Source: Flectonema sp. DT1601 (lineage: Eukaryota). From it: a DNA stretch of 64,000 nucleotides. The DNA lies in the NCBI GenBank assembly GCA_964019425.1, contig OZ025784.1, forward strand, positions 930,001 through 994,000. Reading direction: 5' to 3'. Below the pieces are notes generated by a model that saw only the letters and a list, made by a program, of their open reading frames with translations, was not told where the DNA came from and searched no databases. A program made the translations under genes and the position numbers. Below, piece after piece: positions 23,501 through 33,000 of the stretch (position 1 is the stretch's first letter; every line of letters starts with the position of its first letter).

Positions 23501-24733
23501 GTCATTCTTAGCGATGCAAATGGAGAAACTCCGCAAGCAACTGTTGACAATGCTTTGAAGGATCTCTTGTCAAGTAATGCGGTCATTGCTTACGTTGAGG
23601 GAAGTGCTGTTGTTGTTGTAGCTGCTGCGAATAATAACAACCGTGCACAGAGATGTTTGCCATCTTCATTCATAAGAGAAGGAACAACAACTTTTGATTG
23701 CATGATTGAATTATCTGGAACTGTATCTATGCATTGGACTACGGAGTCTAATGGAGCTAATACTCACATTGCCGTAACTGCTTCAGCTGTGTCTGGATGG
23801 TTGTCAATCGGTTTCCCTGAAGTTGCGGCGTCAATGAGTCCCGCGACAGCCATTACGGGAAGTTCATCAGTTGCCAATGTGTATTCGATTACTGGAAGAA
23901 GTGCTGCTGGAATATCTCAAATCACGTCTGGTAGTTTCAATGGAATTTCAACAGAAGTTGTAAGCAGTCAGCGTATTCTCAGATTCTCAATGCTTAAATC
24001 ATTCTTGAGGAGCAGTATGCCTGTAAACTTTGCTTATCACGTTAGTAGTACAGCATTCCCAGATAGTAATGCTCAGCATACAACTAGGGGATCGGGTATT
24101 GTGGATCTTCTTACTGGAACATCACAGGTTGTCGTCGTTAACAGTGACTTTGACGATGCTCACACTCACGGAAGGATCATGGTGGCAATATGGGCGTACT
24201 GGGTTCCTTTGGCAGTTATTATCAAGGTTCTTGGAGCTTTTGTGTGTAAGGGAGAAGTGTTTGGGTATCCAATACCAGTATTCATTCACATGGTCATGAT
24301 GATTATTGCAATGTGTTTAACTACTGTTTTCGCTTCTATTGCCTTGTCAGACTTTGACAACAGAGTGGACTATGGACATAGAGAACTTGGTGTTACTTTG
24401 TTAGCGATTGGTTGGATTCAAATTTTGAGTGGTATCATAAGGCCAAGCAAGGAATCTGGATACAGAAAGTACTGGGGATGGGGACACGTTCTGTTTGGTA
24501 TTTCAGTTGTGGTAATTTCAATCGCTCAAATGGCGACTGGAGTTGAAAATATTAATCGCCTGTTCACAAATGACTCGGAGGGGGTTAAGATTGCGATGAT
24601 CGTTGGAGTGGTCACCATGGGTGTTATTTATATTAGCGGAAAGGTTTATGCCGTTGTTATTAAAAATGAAGACGTGATTGCGATTTCAGAAAACAACGGG
24701 GGTAAATCCAATGGTCCTGATCATGAAGCGTGA
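14555..24733 (+). CDS. Poly-DOMON cytochrome b561 protein, paralogue 3 (16 tandem + 1 divergent DOMON)
   Basis: 3392 aa ORF with 16 units of 177 aa including a Pro/Thr linker. The C-terminal region is essentially identical to paralogue 2. Confidence 0.88.
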   Translation: MRLLSLFILLSYYADVTAAPAPTPPPTPPPATSAPSCTASTLVVTGSTTYDCMMTLAGTVIIHWNRETSGMAAVAATTTSVNGWFSVAFPDALGSMIPAVGVSSTSATAANVFSITARNAGGITTTTSANINTPTTEITGGLRILRFNVPFAFLTAAQPVNYALHASEMAFPVSVHTARGSVAVDFVVGTAAPAPTPPPTPPPTPPPATPAPSCTASTLVVTGSTTYDCMMTLAGTVIIHWNRETSGMAAVAATTTSVNGWFSVAFPDALGSMISAVGVSSTSATAANIFSITARNAGGITTTTSANINTPTTEITGGLRILRFNVPFAFLTAAQPVNYALHASEMAFPVSVHTARGSVAVDFVVGTAAPAPTPPPTPPPTPPPATPAPSCTASTLVVTGSTTYDCMMTLAGTVIIHWNRETSGMAAVAATTTSVNGWFSVAFPDALGSMIPAVGVSSTSATAANIFSITARNAGGITTTTSANINTPTTEITGGLRILRFNVPFAFLTAAQPVNYALHASEMAFPVSVHTARGSVAVDFVVGTAAPAPTPPPTPPPTPPPATPAPSCTASTLVVTGSTTYDCMMTLAGTVIIHWNRETSGMAAVAATTTSVNGWFSVAFPDALGSMIPAVGVSSTSATAANIFSITARNAGGITTTTSANINTPTTEITGGLRILRFNVPFAFLTAAQPVNYALHASEMAFPVSVHTARGSVAVDFVVGTAAPAPTPPPTPPPTPPPATPAPSCTASTLVVTGSTTYDCMMTLAGTVIIHWNRETSGMAAVAATTTSVNGWFSVAFPDALGSMIPAVGVSSTSATAANIFSITARNAGGITTTTSANINTPTTEITGGLRILRFNVPFAFLTAAQPVNYALHASEMAFPVSVHTARGSVAVDFVVGTAAPAPTPPPTPPPTPPPATPAPSCTASTLVVTGSTTYDCMMTLAGTVIIHWNRETSGMAAVAATTTSVNGWFSVAFPDALGSMIPAVGVSSTSATAANIFSITARNAGGITTTTSANINTPTTEITGGLRILRFNVPFAFLTAAQPVNYALHASEMAFPVSVHTARGSVAVDFVVGTAAPAPTPPPTPPPTLPPATPAPSCTASTLVVTGSTTYDCMMTLAGTVIIHWNRETSGMAAVAATTTSVNGWFSVAFPDALGSMIPAVGVSSTSATAANIFSITARNAGGITTTTSANINTPTTEITGGLRILRFNVPFAFLTAAQPVNYALHASEMAFPVSVHTARGSVAVDFVVGTAAPAPTPPPTPPPTPPPATPAPSCTASTLVVTGSTTYDCMMTLAGTVIIHWNRETSGMAAVAATTTSVNGWFSVAFPDALGSMIPAVGVSSTSATAANIFSITARNAGGITTTTSANINTPTTEITGGLRILRFNVPFAFLTAAQPVNYALHASEMAFPVSVHTARGSVAVDFVVGTAAPAPTPPPTPPPTPPPATPAPSCTASTLVVTGSTTYDCMMTLAGTVIIHWNRETSGMAAVAATTTSVNGWFSVAFPDALGSMIPAVGVSSTSATAANIFSITARNAGGITTTTSANINTPTTEITGGLRILRFNVPFAFLTAAQPVNYALHASEMAFPVSVHTARGSVAVDFVVGTAAPAPTPPPTPPPTPPPATPAPSCTASTLVVTGSTTYDCMMTLAGTVIIHWNRETSGMAAVAATTTSVNGWFSVAFPDALGSMIPAVGVSSTSATAANIFSITARNAGGITTTTSANINTPTTEITGGLRILRFNVPFAFLTAAQPVNYALHASEMAFPVSVHTARGSVAVDFVVGTAAPAPTPPPTPPPTPPPATPAPSCTASTLVVTGSTTYDCMMTLAGTVIIHWNRETSGMAAVAATTTSVNGWFSVAFPDALGSMIPAVGVSSTSATAANIFSITARNAGGITTTTSANINTPTTEITGGLRILRFNVPFAFLTAAQPVNYALHASEMAFPVSVHTARGSVAVDFVVGTAAPAPTPPPTPPPTPPPATPAPSCTASTLVVTGSTTYDCMMTLAGTVIIHWNRETSGMAAVAATTTSVNGWFSVAFPDALGSMIPAVGVSSTSATAANIFSITARNAGGITTTTSANINTPTTEITGGLRILRFNVPFAFLTAAQPVNYALHASEMAFPVSVHTARGSVAVDFVVGTAAPAPTPPPTPPPTLPPATPAPSCTASTLVVTGSTTYDCMMTLAGTVIIHWNRETSGMAAVAATTTSVNGWFSVAFPDALGSMIPAVGVSSTSATAANIFSITARNAGGITTTTSANINTPTTEITGGLRILRFNVPFAFLTAAQPVNYALHASEMAFPVSVHTARGSVAVDFVVGTAAPAPTPPPTPPPTPPPATPAPSCTASTLVVTGSTTYDCMMTLAGTVIIHWNRETSGMAAVAATTTSVNGWFSVAFPDALGSMIPAVGVSSTSATAANIFSITARNAGGITTTTSANINTPTTEITGGLRILRFNVPFAFLTAAQPVNYALHGSEMAFPVSVHTARGSVAVDFVVGTAAPAPTPPPTPPPTPPPTPPPATPAPSCTASTLVVTGSTTYDCMMTLAGTVIIHWNRETSGMAAVAATTTSVNGWFSVAFPDALGSMIPAVGVSSTSATAANIFSITARNAGGITTTTSANINTPTTEITGGLRILRFNVPFAFLTAAQPVNYALHASEMAFPVSVHTARGSVAVDFVVGTAAPAPTPPPTPPPTPPPATPAPSCTASTLVVTGSTTYDCMMTLAGTVIIHWNRETSGMAAVAATTTSVNGWFSVAFPDALGSMIPAVGVSSTSATAANVFSITARNVGGITTTMSANINTPTTEITGGLRILRFNVPFAFLTAAQPVNYALHASEMAFPVSVHTARGSVAVDFVGGTAAPAPTPPPTPPPTPPPTPPPTPPPTPPPTPPPTPPPTPPPTPPPTPPPTPPPTPPPVTSPPADDKINFTVVAELSDLVNQIDTLVAAAATAVGGTARCSMLCQGTNCVNCDGTAVNQRSVSTLARENWRVVFVILSDANGETPQATVDNALKDLLSSNAVIAYVEGSAVVVVAAANNNNRAQRCLPSSFIREGTTTFDCMIELSGTVSMHWTTESNGANTHIAVTASAVSGWLSIGFPEVAASMSPATAITGSSSVANVYSITGRSAAGISQITSGSFNGISTEVVSSQRILRFSMLKSFLRSSMPVNFAYHVSSTAFPDSNAQHTTRGSGIVDLLTGTSQVVVVNSDFDDAHTHGRIMVAIWAYWVPLAVIIKVLGAFVCKGEVFGYPIPVFIHMVMMIIAMCLTTVFASIALSDFDNRVDYGHRELGVTLLAIGWIQILSGIIRPSKESGYRKYWGWGHVLFGISVVVISIAQMATGVENINRLFTNDSEGVKIAMIVGVVTMGVIYISGKVYAVVIKNEDVIAISENNGGKSNGPDHEA
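14608..23100 (+). repeat. Coding tandem array, 16 x 531 bp (one 543-bp interval)
   Basis: Period read from shadow ORFs 14701 ... 22678. Confidence 0.95.
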
Positions 24734-25493
24734 ATTTCTTTTTGAGGTTTTAATTTTTTTTTTAGTTTTATTTTTATTTACTCGCGTTAAATGATTAGTT
24801 GTAGTATCTCATCATCAATAAGAAAAAAATTACATTTTTTTTCGTTGAACGACACTTTTACATCATCATTTTTGTATTTTTCTTTTATTTAAAAAAATAG
24901 AAGAACGAGCCACTTATAAATCTCGGGGGGTGTGGTATTTATTATTTCCCCTTAACCGAAAGAGAAGGTAAGCTTCACGAAGTAATTTCAATTCTTTGTA
25001 CCGACAGTCTGTCTAGATTGTACAAGACTTGTATCTCATGAGGCTTGATTTCTGACCCCTCGGTATCAGATTTACCTGAGGAAGTTACAGTGTTGTTGTT
25101 TGAAAGAATTAAATTTTGTTTTTCGTGACGTTGCATGTTTCTAGATGTGGCTTTACAATTACAATTTCTTTTGTTCTTTTTTTTTTTTTTAGACTGTCGA
25201 TTTCTTTTTTAAAGTTTGTTTCTGTTTTCTACATTAAAAAAAAAACCTGCAAGGAAAAATTATTATTATTTTTATTTCTTTCCCCGATGTTTCAATGAGG
25301 GAGTCTGTACCGTATCGTGTCAGACTGTTTTCATCACATGTGATGTTGGTCTTTTGATTAGTTAAGCGTTTAAATTAATGTTGTTCTTTTGAAGCCGCTT
25401 CCCTGATTCTTTTTATCATTATTCGGGGATGATTTAAGATGTGTTCCCCTCCAAAATGTAAACTTTATAATCGTGATGTCTAGTTGCCCGAAT

Positions 25494-25526
<33 letters not shown>

Positions 25527-25891
25527 CCTCGTTAGTATTAACGAAAAAAGAAGAAAAAAAAAAATAATTTGAAATCGTTGAAACAATAAACAATTAAAAA
25601 AAAAAAAAAAAAATCGGGCAATTTTAGATAGTCCAGCTCCTCCTACTTAGTTCATCTGCATCCTTAAGCAGATAGTTATTTTTATCGTTTAGGTTAATGA
25701 GATACAAATACAGTTAAATTTTACAAACATAAATATTCAAAACCCCTCCCTCGTACTATAAATCATTTCGTATTGTATCAAATTTCCCCCCTAGGACCAG
25801 CGATGTGATTGAATTTGCAGTGTTAGCGATGTATGGGCTCCCTTTTTTTTTTTTTTATTATTATTGGATAATAAAAAAGAATTATAAAACT

Positions 25892-26050
25892 ATCATTAAT
25901 TAATACTCAAACTTGATAACGGATTGAGTGGAACGCCAACACCTGTTGGTTCTAATCACTCGTTTATGCTCCCCGTGTGTTGAGTTTGTGTATGTTTTGT
26001 GATTACAATGGTTTTTATGTTTTGACGAGTGCTTCACTTGTCAAATAGAA
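25892..26050 (+). promoter_or_regulatory. Structured element A, copy downstream of gene 3
   Basis: Same stems, with a loop insertion (ccaaca) and second hairpin tttgacgagtg-ctt-cacttgtcaaa. Confidence 0.5.
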
Positions 26051-27009
26051 AAACTACAATCTTCCTCTCTCTCTCTTTGTCTCTTGTTTCTTATAAAATA
26101 AGACATAAACTTGGATGACATTGTTGTGTTTGGTGTTGGAGTTGGAAAATCTTTTTTACGATTGCCGCTGAGAATCTCACAGGCTGCATCGGGAAATAGA
26201 AGCTGTTTCTATTTCTCGTAAAAGATATTTTCCCCAGATTTTTCCCCCCCCCTTCTTCCCCAAGCATGCGATTCTGTGTAGGCGAGGGATCCAGTTATAA
26301 TGAATTCATGTCTGTATCTCTATGTTGTTGTGTGTTAACCTTGATATACTTATCCAAGTCCCCTCCTTGAACGTTCTTAAATCATTTACTATACTTCGGT
26401 ATCATATTTGGTGATCTTTCTCTCTTTTTTTTGCAACTTTTTATGCAACAAAACAAAGAAGCAGATTTGCATACATTGTTTTATTTTAATTAATTTCCTT
26501 GTGGCATGCGCCTCCTCTCATGGACCCGCTATCTACTATCTTATGTTCTCTAACACTTTCTCTTAAGACTTATTAATTAAAATAAATATTTCTTCTTTGT
26601 GAACTTTTAAACATTGTTAACAAACAGACTATGGGAAGGGATCTTGCTCGCGATTATTATGGTCGCGTACAGTTGGTTCCTTCGTAGTTGTTATCGAGAT
26701 GTTTATTTTACGTTGAATTCATTTTTTTTTATACATGTTTTCTTTCACTCTCTCTCTTCTAATTATTAGCACGTTTCTTCCTTTATGTCACTAACAGTGG
26801 CAACTGTAGTCGTCAGGCTAACAATTAGAATCTTTCTCTTTACGTGACTCGTCTGGTCTTTCTGCTCTCGATATCTACTTCTCGTTGACATCTTGAGTAC
26901 ATATTTCTTTAGATACTCACGCACTTAGTTCAATTCGGAAATTAACTTAAATTCCTTTCCCTTAAGTAACTTTATTATAATTCACATCCTCAACAGTTAT
27001 ATTTAAACT

Positions 27010-30000
27010 ATGAGATTACTCAGTCTCTTTATATTGTTATCCTATTATGCGGACGTTACAGCTGCTCCTGCTCCGACTCCACCACCTACGCCGCCACCAG
27101 CAACTCCTGCTCCATCTTGCACTGCTTCAACTCTAGTTGTGACGGGAAGCACGACTTACGACTGCATGATGACATTGGCAGGGACTGTAATCATCCATTG
27201 GAACCGTGAAACGAGCGGAATGGCTGCGGTTGCGGCGACGACGACGTCGGTCAACGGATGGTTTTCAGTGGCGTTTCCTGATGCTTTGGGTTCGATGATC
27301 CCTGCTGTTGGTGTCTCATCGACCAGTGCGACGGCTGCGAACATCTTCTCGATTACCGCAAGGAATGCGGGTGGAATCACTACAACGACGTCGGCAAACA
27401 TCAACACCCCGACGACTGAGATCACAGGTGGCCTGCGTATTCTGAGATTCAACGTCCCTTTTGCATTTTTGACAGCTGCCCAGCCGGTGAACTACGCTCT
27501 GCATGCGAGTGAAATGGCATTTCCAGTGAGCGTTCATACCGCGCGTGGAAGCGTGGCAGTAGATTTTGTGGTCGGAACGGCTGCTCCTGCGCCGACTCCA
27601 CCACCAACTCCACCACCTACACCGCCACCTGCAACCCCTGCTCCATCTTGTACAGCTTCAACTTTGGTTGTGACGGGAAGCACGACTTACGACTGCATGA
27701 TGACATTGGCAGGGACTGTAATCATCCATTGGAACCGTGAAACGAGCGGAATGGCTGCGGTTGCGGCGACGACGACGTCGGTCAACGGATGGTTTTCAGT
27801 GGCGTTTCCTGATGCTTTGGGTTCGATGATCCCTGCTGTTGGTGTCTCATCGACCAGTGCGACGGTTGCGAACATCTTCTCGATTACCGCAAGGAATGCG
27901 GGTGGAATCACTACAACGACGTCGGCAAACATCAACACCCCGACGACTGAGATCACAGGTGGCATGCGTATTCTGAGATTTAACGTCCCTTTTGCATTTT
28001 TGACAGCTGCCCAGCCGGTGAACTACGCTCTGCATGCGAGTGAAATGGCATTTCCAGTGAGCGTTCATACCGCGCGTGGAAGCGTGGCAGTAGATTTTGT
28101 GGTCGGAACGGCTGCTCCTGCGCCGACTCCACCACCAACTCCACCACCTACACCGCCACCTGCAACTCCTGCTCCATCTTGTACAGCTTCAACTCTGGTT
28201 GTGACGGGAAGCACGACTTACGACTGCATGATGACATTGGCAGGGACTGTAATCATCCATTGGAACCGTGAAACGAGCGGAATGGCTGCGGTTGCGGCGA
28301 CGACGACGTCGGTCAACGGATGGTTTTCAGTGGCGTTTCCTGATGCTTTGGGTTCGATGATCCCTGCTGTTGGTGTCTCATCGACCAGTGCGACGGCTGC
28401 GAACATCTTCTCGATTACCGCAAGGAATGCGGGTGGAATCACTACAACGACGTCGGCAAACATCAACACCCCGACGACTGAGATCACAGGTGGCCTGCGT
28501 ATTCTGAGATTCAACGTCCCTTTTGCATTTTTGACAGCTGCCCAGCCGGTGAACTACGCTCTGCATGCGAGTGAAATGGCATTTCCAGTGAGCGTTCATA
28601 CCGCGCGTGGAAGCGTGGCAGTAGATTTTGTGGTCGGAACGGCTGCTCCTGCGCCGACTCCACCACCAACTCCACCACCTACACCGCCACCTGCAACCCC
28701 TGCTCCATCTTGCACGGCTTCAACTCTGGTTGTGACGGGAAGCACGACTTACGACTGCATGATGACATTGGCAGGGACTGTAATCATCCATTGGAACCGT
28801 GAAACGAGCGGAATGGCTGCGGTTGCGGCGACGACGACGTCGGTCAACGGATGGTTTTCAGTGGCGTTTCCTGATGCTTTGGGTTCGATGATCCCTGCTG
28901 TTGGTGTCTCATCGACCAGTGCGACGGCTGCGAACATCTTCTCGATTACCGCAAGGAATGCGGGTGGAATCACTACAACGACGTCGGCAAACATCAACAC
29001 CCCGACGACTGAGATCACGGGTGGCCTGCGTATTCTGAGATTCAACGTCCCTTTTGCATTTTTGACAGCTGCCCAGCCGGTGAACTACGCTCTGCATGCG
29101 AGTGAAATGGCATTTCCAGTGAGCGTTCATACCGCGCGTGGAAGCGTGGCAGTAGATTTTGTGGTCGGAACGGCTGCTCCTGCGCCGACTCCACCACCAA
29201 CTCCACCACCTACACCGCCACCTGCAACCCCTGCTCCATCTTGCACGGCTTCAACTCTGGTTGTGACGGGAAGCACGACTTACGACTGCATGATGACATT
29301 GGCAGGGACTGTAATCATCCATTGGAACCGTGAAACGAGCGGAATGGCTGCGGTTGCGGCGACGACGACGTCGGTCAACGGATGGTTTTCAGTGGCGTTT
29401 CCTGATGCTTTGGGTTCGATGATCCCTGCTGTTGGTGTCTCATCGACCAGTGCGACGGCTGCGAACATCTTCTCGATTACTGCAAGGAATGCGGGTGGAA
29501 TCACTACAACGACGTCGGCAAACATCAACACCCCGACGACTGAGATCACAGGTGGCATGCGTATTCTGAGATTTAACGTCCCTTTTGCATTTTTGACAGC
29601 TGCCCAGCCGGTGAACTACGCTCTGCATGCAAGTGAAATGGCATTTCCAGTGAGCGTTCATACCGCGCGTGGAAGCGTGGCAGTAGATTTTGTGGTCGGA
29701 ACGGCTGCTCCTGCGCCGACTCCACCACCAACTCCACCACCTACACCGCCACCAGCAACTCCTGCTCCATCTTGTACAGCTTCAACTCTGGTTGTGACGG
29801 GAAGCACGACTTACGACTGCATGATGACATTGGCAGGGACTGTAATCATCCATTGGAACCGTGAAACGAGCGGAATGGCTGCGGTTGCGGCGACGACGAC
29901 GTCGGTCAACGGATGGTTTTCAGTGGCGTTTCCTGATGCTTTGGGTTCGATGATCCCTGCTGTTGGTGTCTCATCAACCAGTGCGACGGCTGCGAACATC

Positions 30001-33000
30001 TTCTCGATTACCGCAAGGAATGCGGGTGGAATCACTACAACGACGTCGGCAAACATCAACACCCCGACGACTGAGATCACAGGTGGCCTGCGTATTCTGA
30101 GATTCAACGTCCCTTTTGCATTTTTGACAGCTGCCCAGCCGGTGAACTACGCTCTGCATGCGAGTGAAATGGCATTTCCGGTGAGCGTTCATACCGCGCG
30201 TGGAAGCGTGGCAGTAGATTTTGTGGTCGGAACGGCTGCTCCTGCGCCGACTCCACCACCAACTCCACCACCTACACCGCCACCAGCAACTCCTGCTCCA
30301 TCTTGTACAGCTTCAACTCTGGTTGTGACGGGAAGCACGACTTACGACTGCATGATGACATTGGCAGGGACTGTAATCATCCATTGGAACCGTGAAACGA
30401 GCGGAATGGCTGCGGTTGCGGCGACGACGACGTCGGTCAACGGATGGTTTTCAGTGGCGTTTCCTGATGCTTTGGGTTCGATGATCCCTGCTGTTGGTGT
30501 CTCATCGACCAGTGCGACGGCTGCGAACATCTTCTCGATTACTGCAAGGAATGCGGGTGGAATCACTACAACGACGTCGGCAAACATCAACACCCCGACG
30601 ACTGAGATCACAGGTGGCATGCGTATTCTGAGATTTAACGTCCCTTTTGCATTTTTGACAGCTGCCCAGCCGGTGAACTACGCTCTGCATGCGAGTGAAA
30701 TGGCATTTCCAGTGAGCGTTCATACCGCGCGTGGAAGCGTGGCAGTAGATTTTGTGGTCGGAACGGCTGCTCCTGCGCCGACTCCACCACCAACTCCACC
30801 ACCTACACCGCCACCAGCAACTCCTGCTCCATCTTGTACAGCTTCAACTCTGGTTGTGACGGGAAGCACGACTTACGACTGCATGATGACATTGGCAGGG
30901 ACTGTAATCATCCATTGGAACCGTGAAACGAGCGGAATGGCTGCGGTTGCGGCGACGACGACGTCGGTCAACGGATGGTTTTCAGTGGCGTTTCCTGATG
31001 CTTTGGGTTCGATGATCCCTGCTGTTGGTGTCTCATCGACCAGTGCGACGGCTGCGAACATCTTCTCGATTACTGCAAGGAATGCGGGTGGAATCACTAC
31101 GACGACGTCGGCAAACATCAACACCCCGACGACTGAGATCACAGGTGGCCTGCGTATTCTGAGATTCAACGTCCCTTTTGCATTTTTGACAGCTGCCCAG
31201 CCGGTGAACTACGCTCTGCATGCGAGTGAAATGGCATTTCCAGTGAGCGTTCATACCGCGCGTGGAAGCGTGGCAGTAGATTTTGTGGTCGGGACGGCTG
31301 CTCCTGCGCCGACTCCACCACCAACTCCACCACCAACTCCACCGCCAACACCACCACCTACACCGCCACCTGCAACCCCTGCTCCATCTTGCACGGCTTC
31401 AACTCTAGTTGTGACGGGAAGCACGACTTACGACTGCATGATGACATTGGCAGGGACTGTAATCATCCATTGGAACCGTGAAACGAGCGGAATGGCTGCG
31501 GTTGCGGCGACGACGACGTCGGTCAACGGATGGTTTTCAGTGGCGTTTCCTGATGCTTTGGGTTCGATGATCCCTGCTGTTGGTGTCTCATCGACCAGTG
31601 CGACGGCTGCGAACGTCTTCTCGATTACCGCAAGGAATGCGGGTGGAATCACTACAACGACGTCGGCAAACATCAACACCCCGACGACTGAGATCACAGG
31701 TGGCCTGCGTATTCTGAGATTCAACGTCCCTTTTGCATTTTTGACAGCTGCCCAGCCGGTGAACTACGCTCTGCATGCGAGTGAAATGGCATTTCCAGTG
31801 AGCGTTCATACCGCGCGTGGAAGCGTGGCAGTAGATTTTGTGGTCGGAACGGCTGCTCCTGCGCCGACTCCACCACCAACTCCACCACCTACACCGCCAC
31901 CTGCAACCCCTGCTCCATCTTGCACGGCTTCAACTCTGGTTGTGACGGGAAGCACGACTTACGACTGCATGATGACATTGGCAGGGACTGTAATCATCCA
32001 TTGGAACCGTGAAACGAGCGGAATGGCTGCGGTTGCGGCGACGACGACGTCGGTCAACGGATGGTTTTCAGTGGCGTTTCCTGATGCTTTGGGTTCGATG
32101 ATCCCTGCTGTTGGTGTCTCATCAACCAGTGCGACGGCTGCGAACATCTTCTCGATTACCGCAAGGAATGCGGGTGGAATCACTACAACGACGTCGGCAA
32201 ACATCAACACCCCGACGACTGAGATCACAGGTGGCCTGCGTATTCTGAGATTCAACGTCCCTTTTGCATTTTTGACAGCTGCCCAGCCGGTGAACTACGC
32301 TCTGCATGCGAGTGAAATGGCATTTCCAGTGAGCGTTCATACCGCGCGTGGAAGCGTGGCAGTAGATTTTGTGGTCGGAACGGCTGCTCCTGCGCCGACT
32401 CCACCACCAACTCCACCACCTACACCGCCACCTGCAACCCCTGCTCCATCTTGCACTGCTTCAACTCTGGTTGTGACGGGAAGCACGACTTACGACTGCA
32501 TGATGACATTGGCAGGGACTGTAATCATCCATTGGAACCGTGAAACGAGCGGAATGGCTGCGGTTGCGGCGACGACGACGTCGGTCAACGGATGGTTTTC
32601 AGTGGCGTTTCCTGATGCTTTGGGTTCGATGATCCCTGCTGTTGGTGTCTCATCGACCAGTGCGACGGCTGCGAACATCTTCTCGATTACTGCAAGGAAT
32701 GCGGGTGGAATCACTACGACGACGTCGGCAAACATCAACACCCCGACGACTGAGATCACAGGTGGCCTGCGTATTCTGAGATTCAACGTCCCTTTTGCAT
32801 TTTTGACAGCTGCCCAGCCGGTGAACTACGCTCTGCATGCGAGTGAAATGGCATTTCCAGTGAGCGTTCATACCGCGCGTGGAAGCGTGGCAGTAGATTT
32901 TGTGGTCGGGACGGCTGCTCCTGCGCCAACTCCACCACCAACTCCACCACCTACACCGCCACCTGCAACCCCTGCTCCATCTTGTACAGCTTCAACTTTG

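Larger units (their letters stand above)
13807..26261 (+). repeat. Segmental tandem duplication unit, copy 1 (gene 3 plus flanks)
   Basis: 13807-14554 matches 26262-27009, and 24734-26261 matches 40120-41645, nearly base for base. Confidence 0.92.
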
